From Castellaniella sp. (GTDB lineage Bacteria > Pseudomonadota > Gammaproteobacteria > Burkholderiales > Burkholderiaceae_B), in NCBI GenBank assembly GCA_035572875.1, contig DATNAI010000108.1, forward strand, positions 1-42,647: a stretch of DNA of 42,647 bases, written 5' to 3'. The stretch's first letter is position 1; the number at the start of each line of letters is the position of its first letter. The notes beneath the pieces are model-generated. The model ran no database searches. It saw only the letters and a program-made list of their open reading frames with translations, and was not told the DNA's origin. Below are positions 30,691-41,706 of this stretch, one piece after another. The position numbers and the translations under genes are program-made.

Positions 30691-31944
30691 ATGTTCAGTT
30701 TTTTTAAGCGCAAGAAAGCCGATCCGGCGCCGCAGGCCGCCCCGGCCCCTGCGGAAGTCCCGGATGTGGCGCCGGTTGCACCGACGGAATTGCCGCTGGA
30801 GCTTCAGGTGTCCCGCCCTGCGGAGGACGTGCCGGTCGGCGTGGAAACACGGGTGCCGCCCGCGGCACGCGGCCAGGGCGGCGGGGAGGGCGATCACCCA
30901 GCGCCACAGGGTCTCGTCGGAGAGACGGACCGCACCAGCCAGCCGCCCGATGCCTGGTCGGATCGTCCGGACGACGTGTCGGCGGATCCGCTGGCGCGAC
31001 TGGAACAGTCCCCCGACTCCGAGGCGGCGTCCTGGCTGGCCCGCTTGCGCCACGGCCTGTCGCGCACTGGACAGAATCTGGGAAGCCTATTCCTGGGGGT
31101 AAAGGTCGATGAAGCCCTCTTCGAGGAACTGGAGACCGCCCTCATCATGGCCGACGCTGGTGTGGAGGCCACCCAGAAACTTCTGGACCAGCTTCGGGCC
31201 CGTGTCCGGCGCGACCGCATCGACCAGCCGGATGCCGTCCGCGCGGCGCTGCAGGCGATTCTGGCCGATCATCTGAAAGTTCTGGAAAAGCCGTTCGTGG
31301 TGGGCGAAATCGCTCCTATGGTGGTGATGATCGCGGGCGTCAACGGCGCGGGCAAGACCACCTCCATCGGCAAGCTGGCCCATGCACTGCGGGCGCGCAG
31401 CGCCTCGGTGCTGCTCGCGGCGGGCGATACCTTCCGCGCAGCCGCGCGCGAGCAGCTCGTGGCCTGGGGAACACGCAACGGCGTCACGGTCATCGCCCAG
31501 GAAGGCGGCGATCCGGCGGCGGTGGCTTTCGACGCAGTGAACGCTGGCCGCGCACGTGGGGTCGATGTGGTGCTGGTGGACACAGCGGGGCGGCTGCCCA
31601 CGCAGCTTCACTTGATGGAAGAGCTGAAAAAGATCCGGCGCGTGATCGGCAAGGCGGATCCCGCGGCGCCTCACGAGATCCTGCTCGTCGTGGACGGCAA
31701 CACGGGGCAGAACGCGCTGGCGCAGATCCGGGCTTTTGATGCGGCCCTAGGTCTGACGGGCCTCATCGTCACGAAGCTGGACGGGACAGCGCGCGGCGGC
31801 ACGCTGGCGGCCGTGGCGGCCGGCAGCCAGGGCGTGCGCCCCGTTCCGGTGTATTGGATCGGCGTGGGCGAGAGCATGCAGGACCTGCAGCCCTTCGTCG
31901 CCGCCGAGTTTGCCGAGGCCTTGCTGGGCCGGCGGGCGGACTAA
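30691..31944 (+). CDS. ftsY: Signal recognition particle receptor
   Basis: MFSFFKRKK start, acidic/Pro linker, [26 protein letters not shown]. Confidence 0.96.
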   Translation: MFSFFKRKKADPAPQAAPAPAEVPDVAPVAPTELPLELQVSRPAEDVPVGVETRVPPAARGQGGGEGDHPAPQGLVGETDRTSQPPDAWSDRPDDVSADPLARLEQSPDSEAASWLARLRHGLSRTGQNLGSLFLGVKVDEALFEELETALIMADAGVEATQKLLDQLRARVRRDRIDQPDAVRAALQAILADHLKVLEKPFVVGEIAPMVVMIAGVNGAGKTTSIGKLAHALRARSASVLLAAGDTFRAAAREQLVAWGTRNGVTVIAQEGGDPAAVAFDAVNAGRARGVDVVLVDTAGRLPTQLHLMEELKKIRRVIGKADPAAPHEILLVVDGNTGQNALAQIRAFDAALGLTGLIVTKLDGTARGGTLAAVAAGSQGVRPVPVYWIGVGESMQDLQPFVAAEFAEALLGRRAD

Positions 31945-31982
31945 AATCCCGACAGATCTGTTTGATGAGAGACCGCAAGTAT

Positions 31983-33167
31983 ATGAGCATGGATGTTGGG
32001 GCAGCCTTTGAAGCTGCACAATCCCTGGAAATTTCCCCGGTCCAGGAAATCGTGGCCGAGCTTCGCGCCGGCCGAATGGTCATTCTGTGCGACGAGCAGG
32101 ATCGGGAGAACGAAGGCGACCTGCTCATGGCGGCCGACTTCGTCACCCCGGACGCCATCAATTTCATGGTGACTCATGCGCGCGGCCTGGTGTGCCTGAC
32201 GCTCACCCATGAACGCTGTGAACAGCTCCGGCTGCCGCTGATGTCGGACCGCAACGGCTCCCAGTACGGCACGAATTTCACGATTTCCATCGAGGCCGCC
32301 CAGGGCGTCACCACGGGCATTTCGGCGGCGGACCGGGCGCGGACGATCCAGGCTGCCGTGGCGCGGGACGCTCGTCCGGGCGACGTGGTGCAGCCCGGGC
32401 ATATCTTCCCGGTGCGCGCTGTTCCAGGCGGTGTGCTGGTGCGCGCCGGCCATACCGAGGCAGGTTGCGACCTGACGGCCATGGCCGGACTGACGCCGGC
32501 CGCCGTCATCTGCGAGGTGCTCAAGCCCGACGGCACCATGGCGCGTTTGCCGGACCTGAAACTCTTTGCCCGCGAACATGGCCTGAAGATCGGCACCATT
32601 GCGGATCTGATCCAGTACCGCAGCGAGCATGAGTCCATGATAGAGCGACTCGTCGAACGGCCGGTGTCCACTCCATGGGGGGATTTCCGCGCGGTGGCCT
32701 ATCGTGATCGCGCCTCGAATGCGCCGCATCTGGCGCTTGTGCACGGTGCCATCCTGCCCGATCAGGAAACCCTGGTGCGGGTGCACGAGCCCACCAGCGT
32801 GCTGGATCTGCTGTGCGAAACGGCGCCCGGTCATAGCTGGACGATCCCGCACGCACTGCGAGTGATCTCGCAGGCTGAGAGCGGTGTCCTGGTCCTGCTG
32901 AACTGCCAGGGAGGCGCCGACCCGCTGTTCGCGCAGTTCGGCGCCTGGGCGCGCGACTCGGCGGCGGACGGTGCACCCGACGCCGCCGCGGCGGGCGAGC
33001 GGCATGGGCTGCGTACTTTCGGCATTGGTGCGCAGATCCTGCGCGACCTCGGGGTGAAGCAGGCGCGCCTGCTGGCGCGCCCGCGGAAAATGCCCAGCAT
33101 GGCAGGGTTTGCCCTGACGATTACGGGTTACCATAACGAACCTGGCGTCTCGAACACGCCCCTCTGA
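31983..33167 (+). CDS. ribB: DHBP synthase fused to a GTP cyclohydrolase II-like domain (RibBX type)
   Basis: [36 protein letters not shown]. The C-domain has VRVHE and [11 protein letters not shown] but lacks the Zn-binding Cys triad. Confidence 0.92.
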   Translation: MSMDVGAAFEAAQSLEISPVQEIVAELRAGRMVILCDEQDRENEGDLLMAADFVTPDAINFMVTHARGLVCLTLTHERCEQLRLPLMSDRNGSQYGTNFTISIEAAQGVTTGISAADRARTIQAAVARDARPGDVVQPGHIFPVRAVPGGVLVRAGHTEAGCDLTAMAGLTPAAVICEVLKPDGTMARLPDLKLFAREHGLKIGTIADLIQYRSEHESMIERLVERPVSTPWGDFRAVAYRDRASNAPHLALVHGAILPDQETLVRVHEPTSVLDLLCETAPGHSWTIPHALRVISQAESGVLVLLNCQGGADPLFAQFGAWARDSAADGAPDAAAAGERHGLRTFGIGAQILRDLGVKQARLLARPRKMPSMAGFALTITGYHNEPGVSNTPL

Positions 33168-33183
33168 CCACGGAGTTTCGACT

Positions 33184-33732
33184 ATGAACCCTTATGTGAT
33201 GACCCCCGACATGAACGGGGAAGGCCTGCACATCGGCATCGTGCGCGCCCGGTTCAATGCCGAAATCGGCGAAGCCGAGCTGCAGACTTGCCTGGACGAA
33301 CTGGCCGCCCTGGGCGTGGATGAGCGCGATGTCATGGTGGTGTCAGTGCCGGGCGCGCTCGAGCTCGGTGTGACGCTGGCCCAGATGGCAGAGACCTTCG
33401 AATTCGATGCGCTCATAGCGCTGGGCGCCGTGATCCGCGGCGAGACCTATCACTTCGAGACCGTCAGCAACGAATCCGCCGCCGCGATGAGCCGCGTGGC
33501 TCTCGAAACCGGCATCCCCGTGGCCAATGGCGTCCTGACCGCCTACACCGAGGAGCAGGCCAAGGCGCGTGCGGCCGACAAGGGGCGCGACTGCGCTCGC
33601 GTGGCCGTGGAAATGGCCAACCTGGTGGCGGCGCTGGAGCCGGAGTCGGATGATGACGACGATGACAGCGACGACTTCGAAGACGAGGACGAAGACGAAG
33701 ACGAAGACGATAACGAGGGCCGCAATGAGTGA
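33184..33732 (+). CDS. ribH: 6,7-dimethyl-8-ribityllumazine synthase with acidic tail
   Basis: [27 protein letters not shown]. Confidence 0.95.
   Translation: MNPYVMTPDMNGEGLHIGIVRARFNAEIGEAELQTCLDELAALGVDERDVMVVSVPGALELGVTLAQMAETFEFDALIALGAVIRGETYHFETVSNESAAAMSRVALETGIPVANGVLTAYTEEQAKARAADKGRDCARVAVEMANLVAALEPESDDDDDDSDDFEDEDEDEDEDDNEGRNE
33650..33714 (+). repeat. Low-complexity GAC/GAA tandem repeats encoding a poly-Asp/Glu tail
   Basis: GATGACGACGATGAC followed by (GACGAA)n-type units at the ribH 3' end. Confidence 0.7.
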
Positions 33733-34210
33733 TCCCCGGCCGGCGCGCAACGGGCGTGCCAATGCCCGCAGCGCGCGCCGCATGGCGCGTGAATTTGCCC
33801 TCCAGGGTGTTTATGCCTGGCTGCTGCGCGGGGACGCCGATGCGGCCGAACTGGGCGAAATCGATGCCCATGTGCGCGACGGCGAGGGCTTCGAACAGGC
33901 CGATGGGGATTGGTACCGTACGCTGCTCCAGGGCGCCATTGCCCAGGCGCCGGTGCTGCGCGAGCGTTTTGTCCCCTATGTGGACCGGCCATTGGCCGAG
34001 CTCTCGCCCGTCGAGCACGCGGTACTGCTCATCGGCAGTTTCGAGCTGGTGCATCACCTCGAGGTCCCTTACCGGGTCGCCATCAACGAGGCTGTGGAAC
34101 TTGCCAAGTCGTTTGGCGGAACAGACGGCTATCGCTTCGTCAACGGCGTGCTCGACAAGCTGGCGGCCGAAGTCCGCGCAGCCGAAGTCCAGGCGCCCGT
34201 CCGCCACTGA
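33725..34210 (+). CDS. nusB: Transcription antitermination factor NusB
   Basis: [33 protein letters not shown]. Confidence 0.96.
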   Translation: MSDPRPARNGRANARSARRMAREFALQGVYAWLLRGDADAAELGEIDAHVRDGEGFEQADGDWYRTLLQGAIAQAPVLRERFVPYVDRPLAELSPVEHAVLLIGSFELVHHLEVPYRVAINEAVELAKSFGGTDGYRFVNGVLDKLAAEVRAAEVQAPVRH

Positions 34211-34226
34211 TCCATTTGGCGCCATC

Positions 34227-35237
34227 ATGTCCGCGGACAGTGAATTCGATCTGATTGCCCGCTATTTCGATCGGCCGGTGCCGCCCGGAATGCTGGGGGT
34301 CGGAGACGATTGCGCGTTGCTGCCTCTGTCTCCCGGATGCGAGCTGGCGGTCAGCACGGACATGCTGGTCCAGGGCCAGCACTTCCTGTCCGACGTGGAC
34401 CCGCGATCCCTGGGGCACAAGGCGCTGGCGGTGAACCTGTCCGACCTGGCGGCCATGGGAGCCCGACCATTGGCCTGCACGCTGGCCTTGTCCTTGCCGG
34501 GTATCGACCATCCATGGCTTCAGGGCTTTTCCGACGGTTTCCATGCGCTGGCGGAAAAGTCGCGGTGTCCGCTGGTGGGCGGGGACACCACGCACAATCC
34601 CGACGGCATCGTCATCAGCGTGACGGTCATGGGCGAAGTTCGCCGCGCGCACGCGCTACGCCGCAGCGGCGCCCGCGAGGGCGACGATATCTGGCTGTCC
34701 GGGTCGCTGGGAGCCGCCTACGTTGCGTTGCTGCTGCGGCAGGGCTATCTGCCTCCGGATGCGGCCCGCCTTCAAGCGAGCTGCAAAGCGATGGACTGGC
34801 CTGTTCCGCGTCTCCATCTGGGGCGATATCTGGGCAGCGTGGCGCATGCCGCGATCGATCTTTCCGACGGTCTCCTGCAGGACTTGGGCCATATCCTGGA
34901 ACAGAGCCACTGCGGCGCGGAGCTCCAACTGGATGCGTTGCCCGCGGATCCGAGCCTGGAAGGGCTGGAGGAGGCCGTGCGACGCGAGGCCATCCTGGGC
35001 GGCGGAGATGTCTACGAACTCTGCTTTACCGCGCCCCCGCTGCGCCGAGAGCAGATTTACGCCCTTCAACAGCGGCTTGGGGTGCCGCTCACGCGGGTCG
35101 GCACCATCGTTCGAGGCGCCGGTGTGCGTGTGCTTGACGCACACGGGGACGAGATCCCCATCACCCTGCGCGGTTTCGATCATTTTTCTCGGGCCACGTC
35201 ACCGTCGCCGACACCTACCGGCGGACCCCTTCCATGA
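34227..35237 (+). CDS. thiL: Thiamine-monophosphate kinase
   Basis: EFDLIARYF, GVGDDCA, NLSDLAAMGA, LVGGDT, DLSDGL. Confidence 0.95.
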   Translation: MSADSEFDLIARYFDRPVPPGMLGVGDDCALLPLSPGCELAVSTDMLVQGQHFLSDVDPRSLGHKALAVNLSDLAAMGARPLACTLALSLPGIDHPWLQGFSDGFHALAEKSRCPLVGGDTTHNPDGIVISVTVMGEVRRAHALRRSGAREGDDIWLSGSLGAAYVALLLRQGYLPPDAARLQASCKAMDWPVPRLHLGRYLGSVAHAAIDLSDGLLQDLGHILEQSHCGAELQLDALPADPSLEGLEEAVRREAILGGGDVYELCFTAPPLRREQIYALQQRLGVPLTRVGTIVRGAGVRVLDAHGDEIPITLRGFDHFSRATSPSPTPTGGPLP

Positions 35238-35752
35238 CGTTTCCCAAAAACGCTTTGCCCGATTCCAGCCGCCCGACGCTGGCCTGGATGTTGGCCCGGC
35301 CGGAGCGCATCGTCGGTTTCGGTTTGGGCTCGGGCCTGATCCATCCGGCGCCCGGGACCTGGGGTACCCTCATGGGATGGCTGCTGTGGTGGCTGTTCGT
35401 GGGGCGATTGCCCGGTGGCTGGGTGTTTGCCGTGCTGGTGGTCGCGTTTGCGGGCGGCTGCTGGGTGGCACAGCGTTGCAGCGATGACTTGGGCGTCGCG
35501 GATTTCGGGGGCATCAACTGGGACGAGATCGTCGCCATCTGGCTGGTGCTGTGGCTGCTGCCGTCCACGTTCTGGATGCAGGCGGCGGGCGTGGTGCTGT
35601 TTCGTGTGTTCGACATCCTCAAGCCTGCCCCCGTCAGTTGGCTGGACCGGAACTGCAAGGGCGGCTTTGGCATCATGATCGACGACATTGCTGCCGCGCT
35701 TTATGCTGTATTGGTGGCCTGGCTGTTGATCCGATGGGGAGTGCTGCCATGA
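35234..35752 (+). CDS. pgpA: Phosphatidylglycerophosphatase A
   Basis: GSGL..PAPGTWGT, WDE, FRVFDILKP, GIMIDD. Confidence 0.93.
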   Translation: MTFPKNALPDSSRPTLAWMLARPERIVGFGLGSGLIHPAPGTWGTLMGWLLWWLFVGRLPGGWVFAVLVVAFAGGCWVAQRCSDDLGVADFGGINWDEIVAIWLVLWLLPSTFWMQAAGVVLFRVFDILKPAPVSWLDRNCKGGFGIMIDDIAAALYAVLVAWLLIRWGVLP

Positions 35753-36261
35753 TCGTCCGTGAAATTCGTGCCCTTGCGGGCGAACTCGGCTCCGCCCTGC
35801 GGGTGGCCGGTTCGCTGTGCGCCACGGCGGAATCCTGCACCGGCGGTCTTCTGGCCGGGGCCATTACGTCATGCCCGGGATCCAGCCAATGGTTCGAACG
35901 CGGCTTCGTGACCTATAGCAACGCCGCGAAGATCGCCGAGCTCGGCGTGTCGGCCGATACGCTGGAACGCTATGGTGCGGTCAGCGAGGAAACGGCCATG
36001 GAGATGGCCGCCGGTGTCTTGGCCGTGGTGCCGCTGGCGCGTCTGGCTCTGTCCACGACGGGCATCGCGGGTCCTGGCGGCGCGGTGCCGGGCAAGCCGG
36101 TGGGCATGGTGTGCTTCGGCATTGCTCGCCGCGCCGGCTCCGGCATCGTCACGCGGGCCGTGACTCGAGTCTTCGAGGGCGACCGCGAAGCCGTCCGGCT
36201 GTCGTCCGTGCACCATGCCCTGCAGATGGCGCTGGAAGATCTGCGCAAGGCGAGAGCTTAG
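35749..36261 (+). CDS. cinA: CinA C-terminal domain / NMN deamidase PncC
   Basis: TAESCTGG, GSSQWF, TYSNAAK, GAVSEE, TGIAGPGG, KPVG. Confidence 0.92.
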   Translation: MIVREIRALAGELGSALRVAGSLCATAESCTGGLLAGAITSCPGSSQWFERGFVTYSNAAKIAELGVSADTLERYGAVSEETAMEMAAGVLAVVPLARLALSTTGIAGPGGAVPGKPVGMVCFGIARRAGSGIVTRAVTRVFEGDREAVRLSSVHHALQMALEDLRKARA

Positions 36262-36355
36262 CGAACGGGCTGCCGTCCGATTACGCGCCGCGATCCGCCC
36301 GCAGGCAGCGCATCCGGATTCCGCCCGGCCCCGGAGCGGTCCGCTTGCGGCCGGT

Positions 36356-37177
36356 TCAGTCCAGCAGCGCCGAGCGTATCGCGTCGCGTGTCCGCCGGGC
36401 AGCATCCCCGGCCGCTTTTGCCCAGTCTCCGTCGGCCCCGGCATAGAGAATGGCGCGCGACGAATTGATCATCATTCCCCGGCCGTTGTGCGTGCGACCC
36501 GCATGCACCGTTGCGGCAATGTCGCCGCCCTGGGCACCGATGCCCGGAATCAGCAATGGCATGTCTCCGACACGGGCGCGAACCTGGGCGATCTCCTCCG
36601 GCACTGTGGCGCCCACTACCAGGGCACATTGGCCGTGCGAGTTCCAGCGTTGTGCCACCTGGTCGGCGACGTGCAGGTAGAGCGGGGTGCCGTTTTCCAG
36701 CCGCAGATCCTGCAGATCCGCGCCGCCGGGGTTGGAGGTACGGCAGAGGACGATCACCCCTTTGTCGCCATATTCCAGATAAGGCTGTACGGAGTCGTAC
36801 CCCATGTAGGGATTGACCGTCACCGCGTCGGCGGCGTAGCGCTCGAACGCTTCGCGGGCATATTGGGTGGCGGTGGCGCCGATGTCGCCGCGCTTGGCAT
36901 CCAGCACGATGGGCAGGTGCGGGTATCGACTGCGAATGTATCGGCAGATATCCAGAAGCTGGTCTTCCGCCTTCAGCGCGGCGAAGTAGGCGATTTGCGG
37001 CTTGAAACCGCAGGCGTAGGGCGCCGTGGCATCCACAATCCCCCTGCAGAACGCGTCGACGGCATCCGCGCGGCCGGATAGTCCGGCCGGAAGCCGGCGC
37101 TCGTCGGGGTCCAGCCCCACCATGAGGAGGGAATCCTGGCGGGTCCAGGCGCGGTTCAGTTTGTCGGTGAAGGTCAT
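36356..37177 (-). CDS. pyrF: Orotidine-5'-phosphate decarboxylase (subfamily 2)
   Basis: [44 protein letters not shown]. Confidence 0.96.
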   Translation of the reverse strand: MTFTDKLNRAWTRQDSLLMVGLDPDERRLPAGLSGRADAVDAFCRGIVDATAPYACGFKPQIAYFAALKAEDQLLDICRYIRSRYPHLPIVLDAKRGDIGATATQYAREAFERYAADAVTVNPYMGYDSVQPYLEYGDKGVIVLCRTSNPGGADLQDLRLENGTPLYLHVADQVAQRWNSHGQCALVVGATVPEEIAQVRARVGDMPLLIPGIGAQGGDIAATVHAGRTHNGRGMMINSSRAILYAGADGDWAKAAGDAARRTRDAIRSALLD

Positions 37178-37566
37178 CAATCCGTCCATGCTCGGGGTCC
37201 CAGTACCGCCAGCCAAGTCGCCGCCGCAAGCAGCAGCGTGAACAGCACGGCTGCGCTGCCGATATCCTTGGCGCGCCCCAGCAGCGGATGGTGGTCTGTG
37301 CTGATGGCGTCGGCCAGCGCCTCGATTGCGGAATTGATCAGTTCCACGATCAGCACCAGCACCAGGCATCCGGCCAACAGCAGGCGTTCCAGCGCTGTGT
37401 GGCCCAGCCACAGCGCCAACGGCATCAGCACGATGGCGAGCGCGACTTCCTGACGGAACGCCGCCTCGTGGCGCCAGGCCGCTCCGAGTCCCTGCAGCGA
37501 GTAGACCAGGGCCCGCGCGATGCGTCGGAGTCCGCCGGTGCTTTTGTAGGGGGAGGGTTGGTTCAT
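37177..37566 (-). CDS. dgkA: Diacylglycerol kinase
   Basis: [30 protein letters not shown]. Confidence 0.95.
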   Translation of the reverse strand: MNQPSPYKSTGGLRRIARALVYSLQGLGAAWRHEAAFRQEVALAIVLMPLALWLGHTALERLLLAGCLVLVLIVELINSAIEALADAISTDHHPLLGRAKDIGSAAVLFTLLLAAATWLAVLGPRAWTD

Positions 37567-37714
37567 GGGGCAATGCGGTCGGGGTGTCTGCGCATTGTAC
37601 GCAATGGCGCGGCCCGGCATTGAATCTTCATGGTAGCCTTTGAGTGAAGACGCCGCCTGTGGTGGGGGCGCCCCTGTTGCATGGCTCCGGTGAGCGAGCC
37701 GCGAAAGGACTCGG

Positions 37715-38683
37715 ATGATCAACCTTCCCACTTTCGACGATGTCGTGGCAGCGTCGGAACACATCAAGGGCCACGCTCACGAAACCCCCGTGATGACCTC
37801 GCGCACGGTCGACGAAGAGTTCGGCGCCAAGGTCTTCTTCAAGTGCGAAAACCTGCAGCGCATGGGTGCCTTCAAGTTCCGCGGCGGGTTCAATTCCCTC
37901 TCGAAGCTCGGTCCCGAACAGCGCAAGGCGGGTGTCGTTGCCTTTTCTTCCGGCAACCATGCGCAGGCCGTTGCGCTGTCGGCCACGCTCCTGGGCATAC
38001 CCGCCACCATCCTCATGCCAGACGACGCGCCGACGGCCAAGATGGCTGCCACCAAGGGCTACGGCGGCAATGTGGTGACCTACGATCGCTACACGGAAGA
38101 CCGCGAGCAGATCTGCCGGGAACTGGCGGAAAGGCGCGGCCTGACACTGATTCCGCCCTACGATCACCCGGACGTGCTGTCTGGCCAGGGGACGGCCGCC
38201 AAGGAATTGTTCGAGCAGGCAGGCCCTCTGGATGCCTTCTTCGTGCCGCTGGGCGGCGGCGGGCTGCTGTCCGGCTGTGCCTTGGCTACACGGGCGCTGT
38301 CGCCGGACTGCCGGCTGTACGGGGCGGAGCCTGAAGCGGGTAATGACGGCCAGCGTTCGTTCCGCACGGGCAGCATTGTCCATATAGACACGCCCAAGAC
38401 CATTGCCGATGGCGCGCAAACGCAGCACCTGGGAAACGTGACGTTCCCGATCATCCAGCGTGATGTCAATGACATCCTGACCGCTTCGGATACGGAACTC
38501 GTCGAGTGCATGGCCTTCATGGCCGCCCGAATGAAGCTGATTGTCGAGCCCACCGGCTGCCTGGGTTTCGCGGCGGCCCGGAAGATGAAAGGCGAGCTGA
38601 AGGGCAAGCGCGTCGGTGTGCTCCTCAGTGGCGGAAACGTCGACATGGCGCGCTTCGCCGGCCTGCTCGGCGCCCGGCATTGA
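37715..38683 (+). CDS. PLP-dependent serine/threonine dehydratase family; threo-3-hydroxy-L-aspartate ammonia-lyase-like
   Basis: FFKCENLQRMGAFKFRG, AFSSGNHAQ, PLGGGGL, TIADG, SGGNVD; no ACT domain. Confidence 0.88.
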   Translation: MINLPTFDDVVAASEHIKGHAHETPVMTSRTVDEEFGAKVFFKCENLQRMGAFKFRGGFNSLSKLGPEQRKAGVVAFSSGNHAQAVALSATLLGIPATILMPDDAPTAKMAATKGYGGNVVTYDRYTEDREQICRELAERRGLTLIPPYDHPDVLSGQGTAAKELFEQAGPLDAFFVPLGGGGLLSGCALATRALSPDCRLYGAEPEAGNDGQRSFRTGSIVHIDTPKTIADGAQTQHLGNVTFPIIQRDVNDILTASDTELVECMAFMAARMKLIVEPTGCLGFAAARKMKGELKGKRVGVLLSGGNVDMARFAGLLGARH

Positions 38684-38716
38684 GCCTTCGTTTCAGACCT
38701 TGGGCGGGGTGAAACG

Positions 38717-38751
38717 AAAAATCCCCGCCACGGTTGCCCATGGCGGGGATT
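38717..38751 (-). terminator. Intrinsic terminator downstream of groEL
   Basis: AATCCCCGCCA/TGGCGGGGATT 11-bp stem followed by a U-run on the minus strand (AAAAA at 38717-38721 on plus). Confidence 0.8.
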
Positions 38752-38762
38752 CGTACGAGCCG

Positions 38763-38796
38763 TCCGGAGGATGCCGACGGATCGGCATCCTCCGGA
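38763..38796. repeat. Perfect 15-bp inverted repeat
   Basis: TCCGGAGGATGCCGA-cgga-TCGGCATCCTCCGGA, 16 nt past the groEL stop. Confidence 0.85.
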
Positions 38797-38812
38797 TCGG
38801 GCAGGCCAGAGC

Positions 38813-40492
<1,680 letters not shown>

Positions 40493-40780
40493 TTACTGGA
40501 TCACGGCGAAGACTTCTTCTTCGCGGATGACCAGGACTTCGTCGCCATCGACCTTCACGGACTGGCCGGCGTACTTGCCGAACAGAACCTTGTCGCCGAC
40601 TTTCAGATCCATCGGGATCAGCTTGCCGTCTTCGGTCTTCTTGCCCGGGCCGACGGCCAGGACCTCGCCTTGATCGGGCTTCTCGGCCGCGCTGTCGGGG
40701 ATCACGATACCCGAGGCGGTGGTGCGCTCGTTGTCCAGACGCTTGATGATCACGCGATCATGCAAAGGACGCAGTGCCAT
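40493..40780 (-). CDS. groS: Co-chaperonin GroES
   Basis: [31 protein letters not shown]; AGGAG SD. Confidence 0.98.
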   Translation of the reverse strand: MALRPLHDRVIIKRLDNERTTASGIVIPDSAAEKPDQGEVLAVGPGKKTEDGKLIPMDLKVGDKVLFGKYAGQSVKVDGDEVLVIREEEVFAVIQ

Positions 40781-40832
40781 GGAGGAACTCCTGTACTTGA
40801 ATAATGGGATGGACACGAGGGTTGAGCCGCTG

Positions 40833-40859
40833 TTAGCACTCAACCCTATCGAGTGCTAA
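40833..40859. promoter_or_regulatory. CIRCE element (HrcA operator)
   Basis: Exact consensus TTAGCACTC-N9-GAGTGCTAA upstream of groES. Confidence 0.97.
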
Positions 40860-40887
40860 TTATAAGGATGATCCACGGGATTTCAAG
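40859..40887 (-). promoter_or_regulatory. groESL promoter (TTGAAA-N16-TATAAT; -35 also sigma32-like CTTGAAA)
   Basis: Minus strand CTTGAAATCCCGTGGATCATCCTTATAAT abutting CIRCE. Confidence 0.75.
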
Positions 40888-40950
40888 GGGGGCCGGGGGG
40901 GCTTCCGCATTGCGGGGCGCCCCAGGCGGAAGGCTGGCTGTCGTTGGCCG

Positions 40951-41445
40951 TCAGTTGGCGCCCGATATCTCGGCCAGACACGCGTCCGGGCCGCCCGGCA
41001 CGACCCGGATGCTGCAGGCGAGCATGAGATTCAGCGGAAGGCCGAAGTCCTCCACCTGGAGGCCTTGTTCGTCGACCAGCCGCCCGTCTGGATTCACCCG
41101 GTGGGTCACTCGATCGACGATTGCGCGGGCGTCCTCCAGGTAGCCCCACACGGGTTTGCCCAAGGCCGCAGCGTAGCCCACTTCGAATACCGTACCCGAA
41201 TCCGGCTCCGCGCCGCGAAAGGGGTTGAGATTGGCCATGACAATATCCGCGCGGCGGATAAGCGCGAGGTTGGCCTGGCAGATCCAGGCGGCAGCTTGTG
41301 GCTTGGACAGCCCGAGGGGCACGGCATTGTCCAGGGGATACAGGCCTTCGAGGCCAAACCGTCTGCAAGCGGCCTTGAGGGATTCGCCATAGGGAATAGC
41401 ATCGGGACGGAAGACGTCCGGGCCGGCAAGATAGACGGATGTCAT
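40951..41445 (-). CDS. Nucleoside 2-deoxyribosyltransferase family protein
   Basis: VYLAGPDVF, DSGTVFEVGYA (catalytic Glu), NLML motifs; GAGGAG SD. Confidence 0.88.
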   Translation of the reverse strand: MTSVYLAGPDVFRPDAIPYGESLKAACRRFGLEGLYPLDNAVPLGLSKPQAAAWICQANLALIRRADIVMANLNPFRGAEPDSGTVFEVGYAAALGKPVWGYLEDARAIVDRVTHRVNPDGRLVDEQGLQVEDFGLPLNLMLACSIRVVPGGPDACLAEISGAN

Positions 41446-41706
41446 GATTTCTCCTCAGGGGGTACGACATGGCCCTGCGCTCGCTGGCGCGGACCGGCTG
41501 GCGGCCGCAGGGGCAGCAACAGGCGCTGATGGCCGTTCTTTTAGCACCCGTCAGGCCGCAAGCCCTATAAAATAAAGCGGTGCCGATCTCTTGGTCGCGC
41601 ACCGCGGCCATGTGGCCCCGCGCCTGGCCCAACGCAAGGGCGCAGCGTAGCTGTCGATGCGTCCTGGCATGGGCGCAATTCATGGATTCTCCCACTGGAG
41701 TGCAGT

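Noticed and set aside
31945-31982. FMN riboswitch ahead of the rib genes
   Set aside because: Only 38 nt separate ftsY and ribB, and there is no RFN consensus.
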